Shown: positions 18,279 through 27,146 of the stretch, in pieces
How the letters are laid out: the number at the start of each line of letters is the position of its first letter
How positions within the stretch are numbered: the first letter of the stretch is position 1
Assembly (NCBI GenBank): GCA_035293725.1
Contig: DATGMH010000092.1
Location: forward strand, 24,391 to 88,390
DNA: 64,000 nt
Direction: 5' to 3'
Source of the DNA: Bryobacteraceae bacterium
Lineage (GTDB): Bacteria > Acidobacteriota > Terriglobia > Bryobacterales > Bryobacteraceae
Position numbers and translations under genes: made by a program
Notes under the pieces: model-generated
What the model was told of the DNA's origin: nothing
Database searches by the model: none
Seen by the model: the letters and a program-made list of their open reading frames with translations, nothing else

Positions 18279-20132
18279 ATGAGGCAAAACGCATTCCGGA
18301 CAAGTCGGCCAGCAGTTGCGATCCGCTCGATTTACCTTCTTTTGCTAGTGGTAACACTTCCGGTGCTGGTCTGGAACGAACTGGTTCAGCAGGTTAACGC
18401 CAGTCTCAATGACATCTTCCTCTGGACGCGCGGTCAGATTCGATCGCAGGCTGTTGGTGATATCGCCCTCGTAGCCATAGACGACACTACCGCCGCACGG
18501 TATGGTCCTTTGCCCCTTCGCCGTTCCATCCTCGCAGACGGAATCAGTCGCATCGCATCTTTTGGACCGAGGGCGGTCGCTGTCGACCTGCTTTTGGGAG
18601 AACGCGGACGAACCGAAGATGACCGAGCCTTGGCCGATGCTCTTCAACTGTTGCCGAGTGCTGTCTTAAGTGCAGCACTCGGTAGCGATCCGCGCGCGAG
18701 TCACACCTGGATTCTTCCATTGCCAGACTTTGCGGGCCCCCATCTCGTCGCCCACGTTCATGTGGAGCCGGACGCCGATGGCAAGGTCAGATCGATCCCG
18801 CTACAGGAAGCCGACGGAGGAAGGCGGCTCTGGGCGCTCGGTCTGCAGGTTGTACGGGCGGCAACTCACGCGGACGCACCTTTGGAAAGAGCTGATAGTC
18901 TTGAACTCGGGCCGATCCGTATACCGACGACTGAATCTTCGAGACGGCTTATGCTGATCAACTACGCTGGACCGGAAGGGACGTTTCGTCGCATTCCGTT
19001 TTCAGCGTTGCTCGACCGCACAGCAGACTCCAGCGAATTCCGGGGCAAAATCGTATTTCTGGGCGTCACGGCACAAGGCAGCGGAGACCGCATCTTTACT
19101 CCTCTCTCCTCCCGCATCGGGATGAGCGGGATCGAAATTCATGCCAATGTGGCGCGCACGATTCTTGATCGAAGCTTCCTTACACCGCTGAGTGAGACCG
19201 GCGAATTCGTGGCCCTAATATTGATCTCCGGAATCGCCGTGCTCGGTATCGGCGCACTGCGCGGCATCCGTTTACAGGGAGCGCTTGCGACACTCGCGAT
19301 CCTGATTGTAGGGACGTGCTTCATTGCCCTCCGTTTCGGGTACGTGTTGCCAGTTGGAACTCTTCTCGCTGGGTTTATCGTTGCCGGCAGTTTCGTCGGC
19401 TTCGGTGAGTACGCAATCGTGACAGCCGCTCTCCACAAGGCCGAAAGACGGCAGCGTGAATACGCATCTCGTGTACAAGCCATCGCCCACGAGATCAAAA
19501 CGCCGTTAACGGCGATTCAGGGATCGAGTGAGATCATCTCCGATCAACATATACCGGAGGATCAGCGCGCGGAGATCGCGGGCATGATCCACAAGGAATC
19601 GAAGCGGCTTACTCAGATCATTCATACTTTCCTGGACGTGGAGCGTATGGCTGCTGGATCTCTCCCACTCGAAAAGCAGCCACTGGACATCGCTTCGCTC
19701 TGCGATGAGGTGTCGGAGCGCGCCCGCTTGTACGGCGCCCGCAAAAATATCACCGTCGCAGCCGAAGTTCCACACGTCACGGTGGCAGCCGACCGCGATC
19801 TGCTGTCCTTTGCGATCTACAATCTGCTGACCAATGCGGTCAAGTACAGCCCCAAGCGAACAACCGTCTCCCTGTCGGCTCACATGCAATCTGATGCCGT
19901 CCGCATTTCGGTGGTGGACCAGGGATATGGAATCGCACCCTCAGAACAGAAGAAGATCTTCGACCGTTTTTACCGGGTAAAACGGAGCCAGCCTAATAAT
20001 GAGGAGGGTACCGGCATTGGGCTCGCGCTGGTCAAGGAAATCGTTTCACAACATGGTGGATGGATCGAGGTAGATAGCCGGGAAGGCCACGGTTCCCGTT
20101 TCACCATCGTGCTGCCGAGCCAATCTTCATGA
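18279..20132 (+). CDS. CHASE2-domain sensor histidine kinase
   Basis: Extracytoplasmic part IALVAIDDTTAARYGPLPLRRSILADGISRIASFGPRAVAVDLLL, then TM segments, the H-box AIAHEIKTPL, and an HATPase_c domain (GTGIGLALVKEIV). Confidence 0.85.
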   Translation: MRQNAFRTSRPAVAIRSIYLLLLVVTLPVLVWNELVQQVNASLNDIFLWTRGQIRSQAVGDIALVAIDDTTAARYGPLPLRRSILADGISRIASFGPRAVAVDLLLGERGRTEDDRALADALQLLPSAVLSAALGSDPRASHTWILPLPDFAGPHLVAHVHVEPDADGKVRSIPLQEADGGRRLWALGLQVVRAATHADAPLERADSLELGPIRIPTTESSRRLMLINYAGPEGTFRRIPFSALLDRTADSSEFRGKIVFLGVTAQGSGDRIFTPLSSRIGMSGIEIHANVARTILDRSFLTPLSETGEFVALILISGIAVLGIGALRGIRLQGALATLAILIVGTCFIALRFGYVLPVGTLLAGFIVAGSFVGFGEYAIVTAALHKAERRQREYASRVQAIAHEIKTPLTAIQGSSEIISDQHIPEDQRAEIAGMIHKESKRLTQIIHTFLDVERMAAGSLPLEKQPLDIASLCDEVSERARLYGARKNITVAAEVPHVTVAADRDLLSFAIYNLLTNAVKYSPKRTTVSLSAHMQSDAVRISVVDQGYGIAPSEQKKIFDRFYRVKRSQPNNEEGTGIGLALVKEIVSQHGGWIEVDSREGHGSRFTIVLPSQSS

Positions 20133-21487
20133 GCAAACCACGCATTCTCGTGATTGATGATGAGGAGTCGATCACAAAGACGGTCTCTTCTTTTTTGCGC
20201 GCAAAGGGATACGATGTCACCGCCATCAATGATGGCGAAGACGCCCTTGATGCTGTCTCCCAAGGTACGTTCGGAATCGTTATCAGCGACATTTATGTCG
20301 ACCGAGTCACGGGTCTCGACATCCTGGAACGCTCCACGCGCGCTGGCGGAAAAGCAGCGGTAATCCTGATGACCGCCCGCGGCTCTGTTCGGACCACAGT
20401 CGAGGCCGAAATGGGCGGAGCGTTCGACTATATAGCGAAGCCTTTCGAGATGCGGACCCTCCTGTCGGTCGTTGAACGCGCGGACGCATTCTTATCTTGC
20501 GACGAATCGCCGGAGCTAGAGCACGACCAGTCCGAGGCATTCGGGAATATGGTTGGCTTCTCGCCGCCAATGGTGGAGGTATATAAAAAGATTGCTCGTT
20601 CGGCCAAATCGGATGACACCGTTCTCATTGTCGGGGAGACAGGCGTTGGCAAAGAACTTGTGGCCAAAGCAATTCACGAGCACAGCGCGCGTTCAAAGGC
20701 GCCATTTATACCCGTGGACTCCGGTGCCGTCACCGGGTCCCTCTGGGAGTCTGAAATATTTGGATCTCTCCGGGGCGCGTACACCGGCGCGGACCGCGAC
20801 CGCCAGGGAGTAATTGACAGCGCTCGCGGAGGATCGGTCTTTTTTGATGAGATCGGTGAGATCCCACTCGACTTCCAGCCAAAGCTGCTTCGCTTCCTGC
20901 AGGAAAAGGAATATCGACCACTTGGCTCGGGCATACCGAAGAAGGCCGATGTCCGGATTATTGCGGCGACGAATCGATCTCTGGACGCGATGGTCCGGGA
21001 GAACAAGTTTCGCGAGGACCTGTTCTATCGCCTGAATGTCCTCCGAATTGAAGTTCCACCCCTCCGGGAACGCCGATCTGACATTCCATTTCTCGTGAGG
21101 CGATTTCTGACTGAGGCTACCGACGCGGCCCGCAAGCGGATCTGGCTAGAACCCGGTGTGGAGCGGTTGCTGAACGAGTACGCCTGGCCTGGCAACGTTC
21201 GCCAGCTACGAAGCACGATTCAGCGGCTTGTCGCGCTCGGCGCCCCAGGGCCGGTGACGGAAGCAGCTCTTCGGCCGATTCTGACCGATCCACTGCCCGA
21301 TGCCGATGAGGAGCCGGCGAGTGAACTCGGCGAACTGGAACGCCGTCAGATCCTGCGTGTTCTCCAGGAGACGGGTGGGAACAAAACGAGGGCGGCGGAA
21401 ATTCTTGGCATTCAACGGCGAACGCTCTACAAGAAGCTCGCGCGCATCGAGCGGGAGCGAGACTCTGACAGCGAAGCCCCTTCGTAA
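20129..21487 (+). CDS. sigma-54-dependent response regulator (NtrC family)
   Basis: REC domain, GETGVGKE, GAYTGA (GAFTGA variant), and the C-terminal HTH NKTRAAEILGIQRRTLYKKL. Overlaps the kinase stop by 4 nt. Confidence 0.9.
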   Translation: MSKPRILVIDDEESITKTVSSFLRAKGYDVTAINDGEDALDAVSQGTFGIVISDIYVDRVTGLDILERSTRAGGKAAVILMTARGSVRTTVEAEMGGAFDYIAKPFEMRTLLSVVERADAFLSCDESPELEHDQSEAFGNMVGFSPPMVEVYKKIARSAKSDDTVLIVGETGVGKELVAKAIHEHSARSKAPFIPVDSGAVTGSLWESEIFGSLRGAYTGADRDRQGVIDSARGGSVFFDEIGEIPLDFQPKLLRFLQEKEYRPLGSGIPKKADVRIIAATNRSLDAMVRENKFREDLFYRLNVLRIEVPPLRERRSDIPFLVRRFLTEATDAARKRIWLEPGVERLLNEYAWPGNVRQLRSTIQRLVALGAPGPVTEAALRPILTDPLPDADEEPASELGELERRQILRVLQETGGNKTRAAEILGIQRRTLYKKLARIERERDSDSEAPS

Positions 21488-21530
21488 AACGCGCCTCACC
21501 ATCCGTCCGTGCTACAAACTGGCTTGCTAT

Positions 21531-21571
21531 GGCACAAGAGCCGTGCACGAAGGGCACATCTAGTGTGCCCT
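21531..21571. promoter_or_regulatory. candidate enhancer (UAS) for the sigma-54 activator; could also act as a terminator hairpin
   Basis: GGCACaagagccGTGCAc, then the perfect palindrome GGGCACA-tctag-TGTGCCC (21552-21570). The same palindrome core recurs at 23751-23769. Confidence 0.5.
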
Positions 21572-21725
21572 CGTTCCGTAGTGTTGTTCAGCAGGTCTCG
21601 TTTTCGTAGCCTCCGATCAGGGAGCTAGCCCCAGGACCTCGTCTGAACTGCGCCATATGACGCAAGACTGCCTGTCACCTCTGCCGAAAGATTGAATCCT
21701 TTGAGTGTAGAGCCCCGACATTTAT

Positions 21726-21741
21726 TGGCACGGCGATTGCT
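21726..21741 (+). promoter_or_regulatory. sigma-54 (-24/-12) promoter
   Basis: TGGCACggcgaTTGCT is an exact match to TGGCAC-N5-TTGC. It is followed by RBS AAGGA (21756-21760) and TTG 21767. Confidence 0.7.
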
Positions 21742-21766
21742 GAGTGTAAGAAAACAAGGATTTCGA

Positions 21767-22528
21767 TTGCGTCTCATCGGCACAGTGACGGGCGCCGTTA
21801 TCGGCATACTGACTTGGTATGCCGGGCCGTTGGCTGCTCAGGTGCCGCAAGGAGTTCAGGCTCGGGTCGTTACCGTAAACGGGACGCTGTCGGTAAGGCG
21901 TGCCGGTTTTCCGATCCGGGCGCTTGCCTTGAATGAGGCTGTTGGGACTGGCGACGAACTGATCACCGATGCGCGTTCCGAGGCGACCATCCAATCCGGT
22001 GATGGGAGCACCGTTCATATTTACCCGGACTCCCGCGTCATCTTCAATCGGCAGTCGTTCGGGATAGCGGACTTCCTGCACTTGTTTTTCGGTTCCATCA
22101 AAATGCACATCGAAAAGCTGGGGGGCCGCCCCAATCCACACAGCATGACTACGCCGACGGCGGTCATCGCGGTTCGGGGAACAACTTTCAGCGTTTTCGT
22201 GGACGACACCGACGCCACTCTTGTGGCTGTGGACGAGGGCCTGGTTGCAGTGGCAAATCGTAATAATCCCTCGAACGAGCTCCTGCTACGGCCAGGGCAG
22301 CGCACTTGGGTACGGACGAATCAGCCTCCACTGAGGGCCCAGGCATTTCGCGGCGCTTCCGAACATGCTGACATGATGCCGGGCGCGGGCGCGATGAAGG
22401 TCATGGCAGGGAATGCCAGCGGGATGTCGATGGGGGGAGCGATGGACGCCCGTTCAGGAAGCGCTCTTTCCGGCCATATGCCGGGCACGGGTGGTGGAAT
22501 GCCCGGCGCGGCAGGCCCTCACCACTAG
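21767..22528 (+). CDS. FecR-domain exported protein with a Met/Gly-rich C-terminal tail
   Basis: GDELITDARSEATIQSGDGSTVHIYPDSRVIF...TAVIAVRGTTFSV. The tail reads MMPGAGAMKVMAGNASGMSMGGAM...HMPGTGGGMPGAAGPHH. The start was moved downstream of the sigma-54 promoter. Confidence 0.7.
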   Translation: MRLIGTVTGAVIGILTWYAGPLAAQVPQGVQARVVTVNGTLSVRRAGFPIRALALNEAVGTGDELITDARSEATIQSGDGSTVHIYPDSRVIFNRQSFGIADFLHLFFGSIKMHIEKLGGRPNPHSMTTPTAVIAVRGTTFSVFVDDTDATLVAVDEGLVAVANRNNPSNELLLRPGQRTWVRTNQPPLRAQAFRGASEHADMMPGAGAMKVMAGNASGMSMGGAMDARSGSALSGHMPGTGGGMPGAAGPHH

Positions 22529-22534
22529 GACGTC

Positions 22535-23740
22535 ATGATACGGAATCTGACGAACCCGTTTATTCTCTTGGCAATTCCAATCGTCCTGTGTGCTCAGACT
22601 GCCGGGTTGCTTCAAACTGAAATCAACAGACTGGACACCCTGGCCGCGAACCCGGATCTAAAGCCTGTAGTCGTCGCGGCGATGGCTGACGCACTCGATG
22701 TACATCGTAATCATCTGCTTTTGCAGCGCAAGGACACCGGACAGAGTTTCGCCTCGATTTTCGTGTCGGACCTTCGTGCTCGGGGAATGAATGATGCCAA
22801 CATTCTCCAGAGTCTCAGAGAGGTTGACCGCCAAGTAGATCGACAGCTCAAGCACGATGGCGTTGGGAGTGCTTCTGCCGCGCGCCCGGTCCTGTTGCTG
22901 GGATCCAACGTGGACCACAGCTGGGCAGCGACGGTCTACTCGCTCGCGCCAGAAATCGGATTCGACTCAAGCCACGTGGCCGCCGCGATCGGAGTCCCTT
23001 TCTATCGCATTTCTAACTCGAGTCTGTCCGCCGGCGGCCTCGGCGATGTGTATGCTTCTGTCTTTCTACGCGGACGGAGTGGTCGATTTGATGTCGGCTC
23101 GACAGTCACTGTAGGTGCACCCAGCGGCGATCGCAACAAGGGTCTGGGTGCCGGGAAGGTCACTGTAGATGCGACAGGAACGATCTCCCGACGGTTTGGG
23201 TTCGCCAAACCGGCGGTATCGGCAGGATTTGCGAATTCCGTGTTCAACAACGTCGGCTACCAGCGGCCGTATGTGACCGCTGGGAATGCGGCGCACTTCG
23301 CCGGTGGAGTCGATTTTGTATTGCCCCGGGGGTTGAGTGTGGGGGTCGGGGGCTTTGGTTTGGTGCCCGTGGGCCAACAGGTCGTTTACAGCCAGGCAGT
23401 CCCACCGGGCTCACAATCCGGCGGCCAACCTAACATGCCAAGCGGGACCGGGATGATGCCGGGCGACGGGATGGGTACAGGGATGCCTGGTGGCGGCGGA
23501 ATGACAACGCCATCGCCGTCCTCTCCGTCTATGCCGTTCTATATGGCCGCGCAGCAAAGCGTGGTCAACGCGAGCGAGCTTCGCGACTACGGGCCTTCTC
23601 TGTCCCTCTCGATCCCGCTACACGCTGGGCTCTCGCTGAATGCCACAATCACGAGAAGCCTGCCATTTGACCTCACAATTACTCGCGTAGGGATCGCAGT
23701 CGATGTTGCACATTTCCTTTTCCCCGGCAAACACTTCTAA
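22535..23740 (+). CDS. exported protein, possible outer-membrane beta-barrel (MetA-pathway/transporter-like), with a Met/Gly/Pro-rich insert
   Basis: Signal peptide MIRNLTNPFILLAIPIVLCAQTAG and alternating beta-strand-like segments. The insert reads NMPSGTGMMPGDGMGTGMPGGGGMTTPSPSSPSMP. The family assignment is tentative. Confidence 0.45.
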   Translation: MIRNLTNPFILLAIPIVLCAQTAGLLQTEINRLDTLAANPDLKPVVVAAMADALDVHRNHLLLQRKDTGQSFASIFVSDLRARGMNDANILQSLREVDRQVDRQLKHDGVGSASAARPVLLLGSNVDHSWAATVYSLAPEIGFDSSHVAAAIGVPFYRISNSSLSAGGLGDVYASVFLRGRSGRFDVGSTVTVGAPSGDRNKGLGAGKVTVDATGTISRRFGFAKPAVSAGFANSVFNNVGYQRPYVTAGNAAHFAGGVDFVLPRGLSVGVGGFGLVPVGQQVVYSQAVPPGSQSGGQPNMPSGTGMMPGDGMGTGMPGGGGMTTPSPSSPSMPFYMAAQQSVVNASELRDYGPSLSLSIPLHAGLSLNATITRSLPFDLTITRVGIAVDVAHFLFPGKHF

Positions 23741-23750
23741 CGTATTCGTT

Positions 23751-23769
23751 GGGCACACCGACTGTGCCC
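23751..23769. promoter_or_regulatory. candidate enhancer (UAS) palindrome
   Basis: GGGCACA-ccgac-TGTGCCC, 73 nt upstream of the -24 element. The half-sites are the same as at 21552-21570. Confidence 0.55.
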
Positions 23770-23840
23770 TCCTCGCATCGGCAGCCGCCGCGCGGGCATT
23801 CGAACCACTGAAAATATTCAAGGCAGTCTTCGGACCGCTG

Positions 23841-23856
23841 CGGCACGCCAATTGCG
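23841..23856 (+). promoter_or_regulatory. sigma-54 (-24/-12) promoter
   Basis: cGGCACgccaaTTGCg with GG/GC spacing of 12. RBS GAGGT and ATG 23879 follow. Confidence 0.65.
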
Positions 23857-23878
23857 TAATAGGACATCGAGGTTTGAA

Positions 23879-25921
23879 ATGAGAACTCTTTCCGCAGTCG
23901 CACTCGTTAGCATTTGGGGCATCGTTACCGCATCCCAAGCCGTTGCTCAGATGTCAGTGGTCAACGGAGCATCGTTCGACCCGGCCCAGCCGATCGCACC
24001 CGGCTCGTTTGCCACCGTGTTCGGGCAGAATCTCTGTTCCCAGACGATGGCTGGAAACTGGATCGCGCCTGGCCAACTCCCAACCACCCTGGGCGGTTGT
24101 TCGGTCAACGTGAATGGCACTGCAGCCATGATGCAGTACGTCTCGCCGGGACAGATGAACTTCATCATGCCGCCTGGGACGGGCTCCGGCCAGGCGACGG
24201 TGACGGTCAACAATGGATCGCAAATGATGACCGGAACGATCACGATGGGTGCCGCGGGGCCGGGTATGTTTGCCGTGAACGGCATGGGAATGGGCGAAGG
24301 CGCGATGTTGAACGCCGGCATGTGGCAAATGGGCCCCTTCAGTACGACTACGAATGGCCAGCCGACCTATGTCGCGCTTTACGCCACCGGCTTGGATCTG
24401 TCGGTCCAACCGACGGTGACGATTGGAGGCATGCCCGTGGACGTGATGTGGTTTGGGAATGCACCCGATTATGTCGGACTACAACAGATCAACATTTCAT
24501 TGCCTTCGGGAATGGCGGGCGTCGGACGCGTGCCCGTGATGGTGACCTCCAATGGGCAGAACAGCAACGTCACCTTTATGCACGTTCTGCCTACGACGGC
24601 GATGATGCAGAACGCACCCGGGTGGGGTCAGGGCATGATGGTCGGTGAGAACATGCCTCGCGGGCATGAGATGAGTTATATGGCGTTCAACGTCGCCAGC
24701 AATACCGCCTTGGTGACCGATGAAAATGATGACGTGGTGCGCGTCATCTCGATAACATCAAATACCACTACGGCGACCATAACGCTGCCGAGCGGCTCAC
24801 AGGCGCACGCAATCGCTGTGAATGCGGCCGGCAATCTCGCCGCAGTGACCTTGAGTGCAAAGGCTTCGATCGCGATCATTGACCTCACCCAAAACAAGGT
24901 GAAGTCGGTTGTCGGCACTGGCTATTATCCGAGCCGCGTGGTGTTTTCGGGATCGAACATCCTGGTGACGAACAGCGCTAGCGGAACTGTCTCAGTCATT
25001 GACAGCAGCAGCGGTACAACAACCCAAACTGTAAATGTCGGACTCGGGGCAAGTGGAATTGCTGTCGCGGGGAATACGGCGGTTGTAGCGAACATGCAGG
25101 CTGCTTTGGTCTCGATCGTCAATCTCACAAACTACCGCGTGTCTACCGTGAGCCTGCCGGCTGGATCTCGTCCACACGAAGTTGCCATATCCTCGCAAGG
25201 GAATAAAGCGATCGTCACGACACCGATGTCGAATGCATTCTTGATCCTCGACTTGGGCACGAAGGCCATCACGCAGGTCGGCACGAGCACCTGGAGCGGA
25301 ATGGGTCCCGGCGCCGTGGCGGTGAACGGCAACACAGCATACATTGCGAATCAAATGACCGCAAGCGTCACGGTCGCGGATCTGGCTTCCGGCACGGTCG
25401 TAAAGGCATTCCCCGTCGATCCCGGCCCGATGGCGCTCGCACTGAACCCGGCGAAGAACCAGTTGATCGTTTTGGCAGAAGGCACGGGGACGCTCGACAT
25501 TGTTGATCTGGCGAGCTATGGGATTACCGCCAGGATCGACGCGGGGAGCACAGAGCGGCAGGGCCAGTTTACGATGCCGCTCGTTTCCACCGTCTCGCCC
25601 GCCAGCGCGGCTCCAGGTAGCAGCTTCACCTTGACGATCACAGGTTCCGGGTTCCAGGGTGTGCAAGGCATCGAGTTCACTTTGACAGGCACTGGCGTCG
25701 GCGGCGGAATGATGGGGGGTGGAATGGGCGGCGGAATGGGGCAGGAGGACGCGAACATCAAAGTGTCGAACGTTCAGGTGAATTCCACTGGAACCCAAAT
25801 CACCGCGTCTGTCCAACTCCTCGCTGGGGCGGCCTCTGGTACCCGCCAAATCCGGCTCGAAACCAACTACGGTGAAATCATGGGGATGATGACGAATTCC
25901 CTCTTCACTGTGACGAAATAA
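23879..25921 (+). CDS. exported Met-rich protein: TIGR03437-like Ig-fold N-terminal region + YVTN-type beta-propeller repeats + C-terminal Ig-like domain
   Basis: SVVNGASFDPAQPIAPGSFATVFGQNL...LGGCSVNVNG...YVSPGQMNF and GNAPDYVGLQQINISLP, with repeated ..A.V.N..S.TVSVID.. units. The tract GVGGGMMGGGMGGGMGQED is present. I hand-counted ~41 Met, 28 of them in the first ~270 residues. Confidence 0.7.
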   Translation: MRTLSAVALVSIWGIVTASQAVAQMSVVNGASFDPAQPIAPGSFATVFGQNLCSQTMAGNWIAPGQLPTTLGGCSVNVNGTAAMMQYVSPGQMNFIMPPGTGSGQATVTVNNGSQMMTGTITMGAAGPGMFAVNGMGMGEGAMLNAGMWQMGPFSTTTNGQPTYVALYATGLDLSVQPTVTIGGMPVDVMWFGNAPDYVGLQQINISLPSGMAGVGRVPVMVTSNGQNSNVTFMHVLPTTAMMQNAPGWGQGMMVGENMPRGHEMSYMAFNVASNTALVTDENDDVVRVISITSNTTTATITLPSGSQAHAIAVNAAGNLAAVTLSAKASIAIIDLTQNKVKSVVGTGYYPSRVVFSGSNILVTNSASGTVSVIDSSSGTTTQTVNVGLGASGIAVAGNTAVVANMQAALVSIVNLTNYRVSTVSLPAGSRPHEVAISSQGNKAIVTTPMSNAFLILDLGTKAITQVGTSTWSGMGPGAVAVNGNTAYIANQMTASVTVADLASGTVVKAFPVDPGPMALALNPAKNQLIVLAEGTGTLDIVDLASYGITARIDAGSTERQGQFTMPLVSTVSPASAAPGSSFTLTITGSGFQGVQGIEFTLTGTGVGGGMMGGGMGGGMGQEDANIKVSNVQVNSTGTQITASVQLLAGAASGTRQIRLETNYGEIMGMMTNSLFTVTK

Positions 25922-25928
25922 AGTGCTC

Positions 25929-25966
25929 GGGCGGTGCGCTACGAAACGCACCGCCCTTCTTGTGTT
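25929..25966 (+). terminator. rho-independent terminator
   Basis: GGGCGGTGCG-ctacgaaa-CGCACCGCCC followed by TTCTTGTGTT. Confidence 0.75.
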
Positions 25967-25999
25967 CGGCAACAGTTTGGATCGCTAGAGTAGAAGAAT

Positions 26000-26407
26000 A
26001 TGACACCGACTGGCTATGGCTATGTACGCAATGTGCCCCTGTCGTTTTCAGACGCTGTTTCGAAAGCGGAGGCGGCACTCAAGAAACAAGGATTTGGAGT
26101 GCTCTGCCAAATTGACATTCAGTCCAAGCTCAAAGAAAAGCTTGGCGTCGATTTCCCCCGCTACGTAATACTGGGCGCGTGCAATCCACCGCTTGCCCAC
26201 CACGCACTGCAGCAGGAGATCAACCTCGGTCTGCTGCTGCCCTGCAACGTGATCGTGTACGAACAAGGCAACGAAGTTCGGGTCGGAGCGGTGGATGCCG
26301 TAAAAATGCTTTCCGTTGTCGGTAACCCATCGATGGAGCCGCTCGCAGGTCAAGTGAACGAGAAGCTTCGCCGTGCGATTGACGATGTTGCGGCCTCAGA
26401 GGGCTAA
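26000..26407 (+). CDS. DUF302-domain protein
   Basis: [40 protein letters not shown]...[11 protein letters not shown] is the typical DUF302 pattern. Confidence 0.8.
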   Translation: MTPTGYGYVRNVPLSFSDAVSKAEAALKKQGFGVLCQIDIQSKLKEKLGVDFPRYVILGACNPPLAHHALQQEINLGLLLPCNVIVYEQGNEVRVGAVDAVKMLSVVGNPSMEPLAGQVNEKLRRAIDDVAASEG

Positions 26408-26472
26408 GATCCGCGTCCTGTTTGCCGCCTGAATGCGGGATGGCCAAAAGCGTCGCGTTGAAAGGCGCAGAG

Positions 26473-27120
26473 TCACATTGCCTTCTTGAGGCGCTTTCGA
26501 ATTAACCACCAGTTCGCCGGGAAGGCCGTGGCGAAGCCCACTGCCATGGCAATCTGCATCGACAGCCAGTACACAGGCTGGGTTGGCTCGGGCCGGGGCT
26601 GAATGAGTACCATGCTTGAAAAAGCCATCCAGGCGAACATCCCGACCTCGAACGCGACCAGCGGAATCGTGTCAGCCTTGATAGCCGCCTTGATCCCCGG
26701 CCAGCCCGACAGGTTGCGCATCGGCGCAATCGCGAAGTACTGAAAGACCAACCCGAGCAGGTATGCGAATAGGAAGTCAATCGCATAGTCCGCCCACAGA
26801 ACGGAACCTGCCACGGTTAGACCTGTCAGAAACACGATCCACTCACCAGCGAAGTCGCCGAGAGTGCATCCGGCCCCGCAATGGCTGTCTCCCACAAACA
26901 CAACTGCCTAAAACGACTTTCGTTTCTGGTCGGCCGACGACTTGGCCCGCCCGAACAGCCAATAGGCCCCTAGGGCCACAGGTCCGAAATAAAGAGCCGT
27001 GATCGGCCACACGAGGTTCATCACGGCCATTTTTTGCCTTCGACCCGCGAAGATATCGACGGCAATAACGGTGGCGCAGATCAAACCGATAGCCAGGGAC
27101 GCCCACGCGAGCGCGGTCAT
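26473..27120 (-). pseudogene. DUF4396-domain membrane protein interrupted by an in-frame TAG
   Basis: ORFs 26908..27120 and 26473..26901 are in the same frame: ...QKRKSF-TAG-AVVFVGDSHCGAGCTLGD... The TAG is the complement of 26908-26910. In this family the HCGAGC motif normally lies in one polypeptide with the N-terminal TM helices. Confidence 0.65.
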
Positions 27121-27146
27121 CCAGGCCGGGATTGATCTTCCGTTGA

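Noticed and set aside
21551-21571. Interpreting the GGGCACA-N5-TGTGCCC hairpin solely as the terminator of the activator gene
   Set aside because: The T-tract after it is poor. The same half-sites recur upstream of the second sigma-54 promoter (23751-23769), where no gene ends within ~10 nt. An enhancer role fits both copies, though a dual role is not excluded.
24992-25972. 326-aa minus-strand ORF, and the 244-aa ORF at 23914..24648
   Set aside because: These are off-frames of the Met-rich beta-propeller gene. They run through its terminator and have an Arg/His-rich composition.
26908-26910. TAG decoded as pyrrolysine, or designed read-through
   Set aside because: There are no pyl genes or a PYLIS-like context in the window, and this is not expected in this lineage. 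I treat it as a nonsense mutation, split gene or error.
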